DNA of 64,000 nucleotides from Candidatus Hydrogenedens sp. (GTDB lineage Bacteria; Hydrogenedentota; Hydrogenedentia; Hydrogenedentales; Hydrogenedentaceae): NCBI GenBank assembly GCA_049968235.1, contig JBMFRC010000003.1, positions 160,001 to 224,000 of the forward strand, read 5' to 3'. Shown piece by piece: positions 57,763 to 64,000 of this stretch (position 1 is its first letter; each line of letters starts with the position of its first letter). The notes under the pieces were generated by a model. It saw only the letters and a program-made list of their open reading frames with translations, ran no database searches and was not told where the DNA came from. The position numbers and the translations under genes were made by a program.

Positions 57763-60063
57763 ATGACCATGCGAGGATATTTTATCCCTTTAATTTTTCT
57801 CTTATCCTTTACAGCAATTCTTCCTTCTTTTGCAGGCGAGAAAATTAAATATCAATTAACAATTAAGAGAGTTGGTGATGAAGGGATTGTAAATCCTGGA
57901 ATTGGGACTTTCTACTATGATGCAGGGACCACTGTTTTTCTCAACGCTATTCCGACTGCAGACTGGGCATTTGACCACTGGGAAGGTGCTGTTTCAGGGA
58001 CAGACTTATTTACTCAAGTGCTGATGGACAAACCAAGGACAGTTACCGCTGTTTTTGTACCAGCACAATGGAGGCTGACCATTGAGCATAGTGGGAATGC
58101 TACCGGTACAACTTTCCCTGCTCCCGGGGTCTATGGATTTTTAGATGGTAGAACGGTAGGAGTTAGCTCTGGCACTTCGCCGGGTGTATATTTTGGAGGC
58201 TGGAGGGGTGATGTGATAAGTAATGAAGAATTTGTACAGGTGGTTATGAATTCTGACAAATATATAAATGCACGATTCACGGATACAGGGTATACCCTTA
58301 GTATAAGTGTAATTGGTCCGGGAGGAACAACCCCCTGGCAAGGGACAGTGCATCGGTATTCAGAAGGATTATCTATATCTGTTGTATCTTATTCAACAAA
58401 TCCTTTATGGCGGTTTGACCATTGGGAAGGTGATATAGGCGATAACGAATCACGATATTATATCCTGTTGCAACTAACTATGGACCAGGACCGAAATATC
58501 ACCGCGGTATTCATTGAGAAGCCATATTATAACCTTACATTGGAAATCGTTGGCGAAGGAGGTGTTTCTTTTCAACAGGGCTTTGATGACCCCGTAACTC
58601 TATCCACAGGTATCCATGAATTTAGCATTATTGAGTGGACCTATATTCGATGTGAAAAAATAATCACTTCACCCACATGGAAATTTCTCCACTGGGAAGG
58701 AGATTTTGGTGATACATTGCCTACCTATTATCGATGTGCTTTCTCTATGGACAAAAACCGTTATGTCCGTTGCATTTTTACCAATTTGACACAGGTCCCT
58801 GATGTTATAGGAACACCTCAAAATATCGCAGAAACGACCATTATAAATGGAGATTTGATAGTCGGTAACATTACAGAAATATGTAATGATAATTATGTAT
58901 CAGGATATGTAATAGACCAATATCCACCTGCAGGGACTACTGTAGAAATAGGAAATTCTGTATCACTCTGGGTTTCCACAGGACCTTGTCCTGTATCAGT
59001 GCCAAATCTTATCGGATTAACCATAGAAGAGGCAGAGAATGCAATAAATAGTGCCGGCTTAACGCTGGGTAATGTGATGAACTCGTGTAATGATGAAATT
59101 GGGATGGGAATAGTATTTGGTCAAAATCCATTAGCGGGAGAGCAATTATTCCCCGGTAGTTCTGTAAATATTGAGGTATCTTCAGGACCCTGCCCGGCGG
59201 AAGGGATTATAGAAGGTGAAGGGATGGAGGAAGGTATGCCCGAAGGAGAAGGGACACCCGAAGGAGAGGTATGCGTCTGGATGGGAGCTTGTCCTAACTT
59301 TAGTTATGAAGGAATAAAAATGGGATATTTTGTCGGACAATTATGGAATAACTGCGATATTAATCAATCCGAAATCCCCGATGCATGGGAGATAGAAATT
59401 GTTAAGTATTTGCTGTGCAATCCTCAGGGAATATGGGAGGATAAATTTATTTGTAAATTTATTGAAAATTATAATATTCTGGCAACGGAGTCTTTATTCC
59501 ATACAACTTATTATTCCTTCCGGCATATTTTAACAGGACTTCTTACTATAGGAACCAATATGGATATTTTAAGAAACACTTTCTTTCTAACCAAAAACTA
59601 TTATCCATTTGAATATCCATCGGATAATTTCCCGTTATTGCCGGATGCGGATATTGATAATGATGAATTAACTAATTATGAGGAATACCTCAGGGTAGTC
59701 GAACTTAACGGAAGTAACAATGCATTTATTCGGAACATTTTCAATCCTTCGCCTGTTCCTCCCATTCACTCCGCAGATATAAATCAGAACCATAGAATAG
59801 AGTTGACAGAACTACTTCGCATTATTCAATTCTTTAATTCTTCAGGATTCCACTGTGAAAATGGGACAGAAGATGGTTATGCGCCGGGTTATGACGAGAG
59901 TTTCGATTTTTCATGTGAACAACACACGGCGGATTATTTGCCCCACGATTGGCATATTAGCCTTGAAGAAATTCTAAGGATGGTTCAGTTTTTCAACGCA
60001 GATGGCTATCAGATGTGTCCCTTTATTTCTGAAGATAGTTACTGTCCTATTTTCTCTGAGTAA
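57763..60063 (+). CDS. Secreted multidomain protein: signal peptide, four ~90-aa InlB-B/'Listeria-Bacteroides'-like repeats, two PASTA domains, an acidic (E-G-x)n linker and a C-terminal dockerin-like repeat pair
   Basis: Repeats end in 'WAFDHWEGAVSG', 'WRFDHWEGDIGD' and 'WKFLHWEGDFGD', plus one degenerate 'GGWRGD'. PASTA-like 'VPNLIGLTIEEAENAINSAGLTLGNV...GQNPLAGEQLFPGSSVNIEVSSGPCP'. 'EGEGMEEGMPEGEGTPEGE'. Dockerin-like 'ADINQNHRIELTELLRIIQFFNSSG' and 'DWHISLEEILRMVQFFNADG'. Confidence 0.55.
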   Translation: MTMRGYFIPLIFLLSFTAILPSFAGEKIKYQLTIKRVGDEGIVNPGIGTFYYDAGTTVFLNAIPTADWAFDHWEGAVSGTDLFTQVLMDKPRTVTAVFVPAQWRLTIEHSGNATGTTFPAPGVYGFLDGRTVGVSSGTSPGVYFGGWRGDVISNEEFVQVVMNSDKYINARFTDTGYTLSISVIGPGGTTPWQGTVHRYSEGLSISVVSYSTNPLWRFDHWEGDIGDNESRYYILLQLTMDQDRNITAVFIEKPYYNLTLEIVGEGGVSFQQGFDDPVTLSTGIHEFSIIEWTYIRCEKIITSPTWKFLHWEGDFGDTLPTYYRCAFSMDKNRYVRCIFTNLTQVPDVIGTPQNIAETTIINGDLIVGNITEICNDNYVSGYVIDQYPPAGTTVEIGNSVSLWVSTGPCPVSVPNLIGLTIEEAENAINSAGLTLGNVMNSCNDEIGMGIVFGQNPLAGEQLFPGSSVNIEVSSGPCPAEGIIEGEGMEEGMPEGEGTPEGEVCVWMGACPNFSYEGIKMGYFVGQLWNNCDINQSEIPDAWEIEIVKYLLCNPQGIWEDKFICKFIENYNILATESLFHTTYYSFRHILTGLLTIGTNMDILRNTFFLTKNYYPFEYPSDNFPLLPDADIDNDELTNYEEYLRVVELNGSNNAFIRNIFNPSPVPPIHSADINQNHRIELTELLRIIQFFNSSGFHCENGTEDGYAPGYDESFDFSCEQHTADYLPHDWHISLEEILRMVQFFNADGYQMCPFISEDSYCPIFSE

Positions 60064-60159
60064 TTTTACAAATTGTGAAATAAACGGTTCTTCTTCTACA
60101 ATATCTCATACACATAAGAAAGTAATTCACTTATAACATATCCGTAGAGAACCTTTTTT

Positions 60160-61320
60160 ATGAAGAATAAACTGCTTTTTTTATGCTTATTTATTTCCCT
60201 GATAAATATGCAGTCCGCTATTCACGCGGAAGTGATTTTTGAAAAAGATTTCAAAACAAGTAGTATTCCTGAAACAAAAATTATCCGTTACAGAGTACTA
60301 AGTCATAATGACGAAAAAAAGGGCTATACTTTTTCATTTCTGGGGAAAGTTCTGAAAGGACAGGTTACTATTCAGATTGAAGATACTGAGAAAAACATTA
60401 TTGAAAAAAGGGAAATTCCCGCTTTTTCTTTACTACACTGGCATTTTACATTGTCCGAAGAAAAAGGACTGGATAATATTTATATATCCTTACACCTAAA
60501 GGATATGGTTGGAAATATTTACTCCGTAGTTGTTCCCACTATACAAAGCCAGCAGGTTTACATTGTTCAGGGGATAGTCGTATCTATGAACCTCCTTTTA
60601 TTTTTCGCATGTATATATATCATCAGAAGAAAATCCCTTTATCTCTCATGGTGGGGTTGGGGAATACTGCTTGGGATTTCTGCAAAGGTTCTCTTTTATA
60701 TTGTTGATTATATTGACTTTTTACCCACCACACTATTAATCAATTCTACAACCCTTGAAGATGACCTTTCGGATTATCTTTTCTCTATCTATATCTCTTT
60801 ACGGGAAACGGCTATCCTTTTCTTGATATTAGGCTTCTTCTCAAGCAGGTTATTATCGTTAGAACATAAAAAACAAATGGCTATAAGCATTTCTCTGGGT
60901 ATTGCTCTTATATTCTTAACTTTCACCATTTTTGAGGGAGTATTACGAACATTTCAAATTATGCCATCATTAAATATATCTCCCTATTCCCTGGCTCTCT
61001 TTTCTGTGCAGATAGCACGAACACCCTTTTATTACTTCCTCATTCCATTAAAAAATATAATTCTATTGATATTATGGTTTAGTGCTTTTTATCTAGCACT
61101 ATCCGGTGCAATACAGGCAGAAAGAAGAACGGTAATTCGCGGAATATTAATATTTATCTTCACAGAAGCAGTGCTCGTCTATTTTGAAAATTCCTATTTC
61201 ATCTATCATAACTCCAGTTGGTGGGTTGTAGTTTCGGTATTAGTAATTAGTTTTTTCCCTGTGTTCATTTACAAATTCAAAACGTTTATATACGCCGAAC
61301 CATCTCCCATCAAAAAATAA
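60160..61320 (+). CDS. Membrane protein with signal peptide, ~130-aa extracellular domain and 7 TM helices (7TMR-DISM-like; no cytoplasmic output domain)
   Basis: Hydropathy pattern. The signal peptide 'MKNKLLFLCLFISLINMQSAIHA'. Confidence 0.45.
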   Translation: MKNKLLFLCLFISLINMQSAIHAEVIFEKDFKTSSIPETKIIRYRVLSHNDEKKGYTFSFLGKVLKGQVTIQIEDTEKNIIEKREIPAFSLLHWHFTLSEEKGLDNIYISLHLKDMVGNIYSVVVPTIQSQQVYIVQGIVVSMNLLLFFACIYIIRRKSLYLSWWGWGILLGISAKVLFYIVDYIDFLPTTLLINSTTLEDDLSDYLFSIYISLRETAILFLILGFFSSRLLSLEHKKQMAISISLGIALIFLTFTIFEGVLRTFQIMPSLNISPYSLALFSVQIARTPFYYFLIPLKNIILLILWFSAFYLALSGAIQAERRTVIRGILIFIFTEAVLVYFENSYFIYHNSSWWVVVSVLVISFFPVFIYKFKTFIYAEPSPIKK

Positions 61321-61464
61321 ATCATCTTATACCCGACAAATTTCATATGAGACCTCTGAATAAGTCATCCGAGTTAGGTAGTATATAAGAAGGGGATGAG
61401 AGGAAAGATGAAACGAGAAGAGAAACTATTGAGGGTTGAATAACAAAGGAAGGAAAAACTAAAA

Positions 61465-61698
61465 ATGAAGAAAGGTCTACACAGTATGGTAAAAAAGATA
61501 GAGCAAACAAGTTTTATAGATTACAAGATATCCCATCAAAGACAGCCCCGTCGTAGATGCTTTTTGAAACAGATGCAAGAGGTGATACGATGGATGGAAT
61601 TTGAGCAGAGCTGCATAGAGAAAGGAGTATATAAATCGAATGGGCTAGAGCGAAGGCTTCCGTCTTTACTATTTTGTGCATTGTTGAGCAGTGAGTGA
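61465..61698 (+). pseudogene. Truncated IS5/IS1182-family transposase (N-terminal DUF772/InsH_N-like fragment only)
   Basis: 'FIDYKISHQRQPRRRCFLKQMQEVIRWMEFEQ...NGLERRLPSLLFCALLS' follows the IS5-family N-terminal pattern (F.D.E..KR.TRKE.FL..M...IPW...GR.PYPL..ML). It is only 77 aa, with no DDE domain downstream. Confidence 0.45.
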
Positions 61699-61711
61699 TG
61701 ATTTCTCTGTA

Positions 61712-61762
61712 TTCTCTGTGGTTGATTATGTTTTTTTCCCACCACGGAGGACACGGAGGGTA
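61712..61762. repeat. Copy B of the ~50-bp interspersed element, immediately 3' of the transposase fragment
   Basis: 'ttctctgtggttgattatgtttttttcccaccacggaggacacggagggta', compared with 32063-32110. Confidence 0.5.
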
Positions 61763-61802
61763 CGGAGAGGCACAGAGAGGCACAGAAAGGCACAGAGAGA
61801 GG
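61743..61802. repeat. Imperfect tandem repeat of a ~10-bp unit (CACRGAGRGG) x6
   Basis: 'cacggagg acacggaggg tacggagagg cacagagagg cacagaaagg cacagagagagg'. Confidence 0.6.
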
Positions 61803-62352
61803 AACCTATCATTTCTTGTTAATGACTGCATATAATTTGAAGTGGATGTATGGGGAATTAAGGTTAAAAAGGATCAATATGCATGGATAACCAAAAGATA
61901 GAAAAATTGACATAAAACAGCACATAAAATAGTAAAAGTAGATTTATAGACTTTTGTATTTTAATTTCTTATCAGGATTTTATCTCATAAAAACATATAT
62001 AAGTTATACCCTAACCTCTTACACTAATTGTTAAGAGGTCTCATATGTATTTTATTTCTTCACTCTGCCCTATTATTCAGTACATTGCATATATTGTATC
62101 TGGCTCATTTTTATTCCCTGTTAGTGAGACACTACCAATACTTTTCCATTACAAGCAGAATACCTCTTCGGTACTCCATTTTTCTTGTATGATTGTGGCA
62201 AAGAAGTTCTCTTTTTTGCCTGTGCTGATTGTTAGTTGGCGGTAATAGGGTGGCTATTTTTACTTTTCTTTATTAACTGTAATAAACTATCTTATTATCT
62301 GTGCTTCAATAGAGTAAACAATAACAATAACTTACAAGAAGGAAAGATAACA

Positions 62353-63768
62353 ATGAAAAAGAATGAATGGTCAAAAATGACACGAAGGGCATTTTTAGCC
62401 ACATCCACAACAGTAGTAACAGCGGGTGCTTTTGCACAGACCCCGTCCACCCAGAATACGGCACAGGTTGTTCCCCGTAAGATTTCTCCGAACGAGAAAT
62501 TGAATGTAGCTGCGATTGGTGCTGGTGGGAAAGGACTTTCTGATATTATGAGTTGCTTTAAGTTGGGACACAATGTTGTTGCTCTTTGCGATGTAGATTG
62601 GAAACGGGCTGAAGAGGCATTTTATCGTTTGCCGAAAGCGAAAAAGTATAAAGATTATCGTAATATGTTAGAAGAGATGAAGGAAATTGATGCGGTTACG
62701 ATTTCTACTCCCGACCATTCTCATGCCCCTGCTGCATATATGGCAATGAAGATGGGGAAACATGTATATGTTCAGAAGCCGTTAACGCATACGATTGCAG
62801 AGGCGAGATTGCTTACCCTCACGGCACGCGAGACAGGTGTCGCAACACAAATGGGGAATCAGGGGCATTGTGGTAATGGAGTGCGTCAATTGTGCGAAAT
62901 GATTTGGAGTGGTGCTATCGGTAATGTGAAAGAAGTTCATATATGGACACATCGTCCGGTATGGGATAATCAGGGAATGACAGAGCCATTACCGCCGGAA
63001 GTAACACCCGAAGATATGGACTGGGACCGCTGGATTAACTGTGCACCATGGCGTCCCTATAACCATAAATTGGCTCCGCATGATTGGCGAGCCTGGCAGG
63101 ATTTCGGTTCCGGTTCTCTGGGCGATATGGCTTGCCATATTATGGACCCGGCATACTGGGCGTTGAAATTGTATGAGGCACCGGAATTTTCTGTTGAAGT
63201 GGTCTTTCAGAAGGGACAAAATAGACAAACATTTCCGATTGCAACCACAGTAAAGTATTCCTTTGTGGCACGTGGCGATATGGGACCTGTTGATGTTTAT
63301 TGGTATGATGGACACTGGAAGGATGAAGCCACCGGTCAGGAAATCTATAATCGTCCCAAACGACCCGAAGGAGTGCCGGAGGATGAAGTATTGGGCGATG
63401 ATAATATGAATGGTTCCATGTTTATTGGTGATAAAGGCATTCTTACAGCAGGGGAATATGGTGGAGAACCGCGATTGGTTCCTTCTTCTTTGATGAAGGA
63501 TTATACCCTACCACCGCAAACGATTGAGCGTATCCCGATGGAAAGTCCATATTTTGACTGGCTTCGTGCTTGCAAGGAAGATAAGCCCGCCTGTTCGAAT
63601 TTTAATTACTCCGGTCCCTTCACAGAAATGGTGCAGTTTGGCAATGTCGTCGTCAAATCAGGTCAAAAGTTAATCTGGGACAATATTAACGGTGTTGTTA
63701 AAAATGTATCCGACCCGAAATCAATTATAAGTAAAGAATATCGTAAAGGCTGGGAACTTCCCTGCTAA
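62353..63768 (+). CDS. Gfo/Idh/MocA-family oxidoreductase with Tat signal
   Basis: 'MTRRAFLATSTTVVTAGAFA' Tat motif, then 'LNVAAIGAGGKG' Rossmann segment. AAGGAAAG RBS before the ATG at 62353. Confidence 0.8.
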   Translation: MKKNEWSKMTRRAFLATSTTVVTAGAFAQTPSTQNTAQVVPRKISPNEKLNVAAIGAGGKGLSDIMSCFKLGHNVVALCDVDWKRAEEAFYRLPKAKKYKDYRNMLEEMKEIDAVTISTPDHSHAPAAYMAMKMGKHVYVQKPLTHTIAEARLLTLTARETGVATQMGNQGHCGNGVRQLCEMIWSGAIGNVKEVHIWTHRPVWDNQGMTEPLPPEVTPEDMDWDRWINCAPWRPYNHKLAPHDWRAWQDFGSGSLGDMACHIMDPAYWALKLYEAPEFSVEVVFQKGQNRQTFPIATTVKYSFVARGDMGPVDVYWYDGHWKDEATGQEIYNRPKRPEGVPEDEVLGDDNMNGSMFIGDKGILTAGEYGGEPRLVPSSLMKDYTLPPQTIERIPMESPYFDWLRACKEDKPACSNFNYSGPFTEMVQFGNVVVKSGQKLIWDNINGVVKNVSDPKSIISKEYRKGWELPC

Positions 63769-63845
63769 CAGAAGATTTATTGATTATTTAACGACAGGAC
63801 CCGATGTTGAACAGCATTGGGTCCTGTTTTGTGTTCGGGGTAGAT

Positions 63846-64000
63846 TATTCATAGCGCAGGGCTTCAACGGGGTCAACACTTGCCGCTTTCAAAGCAGGAT
63901 ATACACCGGAGATAACACCGACAGCAGAACTGAAAAGGAAAGCAGTCATTACAGACCATAAGGATAGACCTATAGGTAAGTTGGGGTAAAGGGCACGGAT
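63846..64000 (-). CDS. FtsX-like ABC transporter permease (MacB/LolE family), C-terminal fragment; the gene continues beyond the window
   Basis: Reverse-strand translation ends '...[24 protein letters not shown]', the canonical FtsX-domain C-terminus. Confidence 0.7.

Noticed and set aside
61743-61802. Possible CRISPR array
   Set aside because: The units are only ~10 bp with no unique spacers, and there are no cas genes. It is a simple tandem microsatellite-like repeat.
1-64000. tRNA, rRNA, tmRNA and RNase P genes
   Set aside because: No intergenic region showed a cloverleaf-compatible pattern or the conserved RNase P (AGGAAAGTCC) or tmRNA termini by eye. A covariance-model scan would be needed to exclude them formally.

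Overview
This is an AT-rich (about 40% GC by eye) bacterial chromosomal segment carrying roughly 48 protein-coding genes on both strands. I found no rRNA genes, tRNA genes or CRISPR arrays. The gene content suggests a PVC-superphylum (Planctomycetota-like) bacterium. The evidence is two paralogous DUF1559 'H-X9-DG' prepilin-type proteins, several Tat-signal Gfo/Idh/MocA oxidoreductases, a DUF1080 protein, Sel1-repeat proteins and a eukaryotic-like Ser/Thr kinase. The housekeeping core is dnaN (flanked by DnaA-box clusters, which makes this a candidate oriC), metH, gap-pgk, rpsO-pnp-M16 peptidase, rsmG, trmB and rpsU. The features most worth attention are listed below. (1) A carbohydrate-type ABC importer in which the solute-binding protein is fused to a MalF-like permease, partnered with a MalG-like permease that carries a ~300-aa periplasmic insertion. 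(2) A secreted zinc phospholipase-C-like protein and a neutral-ceramidase-like protein close together on the same strand (a Tat-signal DegT gene lies between them on the opposite strand), with two copies of an 18-bp palindrome in the phospholipase promoter region. (3) An M23 peptidase plus bactofilin module of the kind implicated in cell shape. (4) A lipoprotein gene split at an A9 run, consistent with -1 or transcriptional slippage. (5) A Sel1-repeat gene split by a frameshift. (6) A 766-aa secreted protein combining four InlB-B-like repeats, two PASTA domains and a dockerin-like tail. (7) A truncated IS5-like transposase N-terminus followed by a ~50-bp element that recurs 29 kb away, plus a tandem decamer repeat. 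All calls rest on reading the sequence and ORF translations by eye. No database searches were run.
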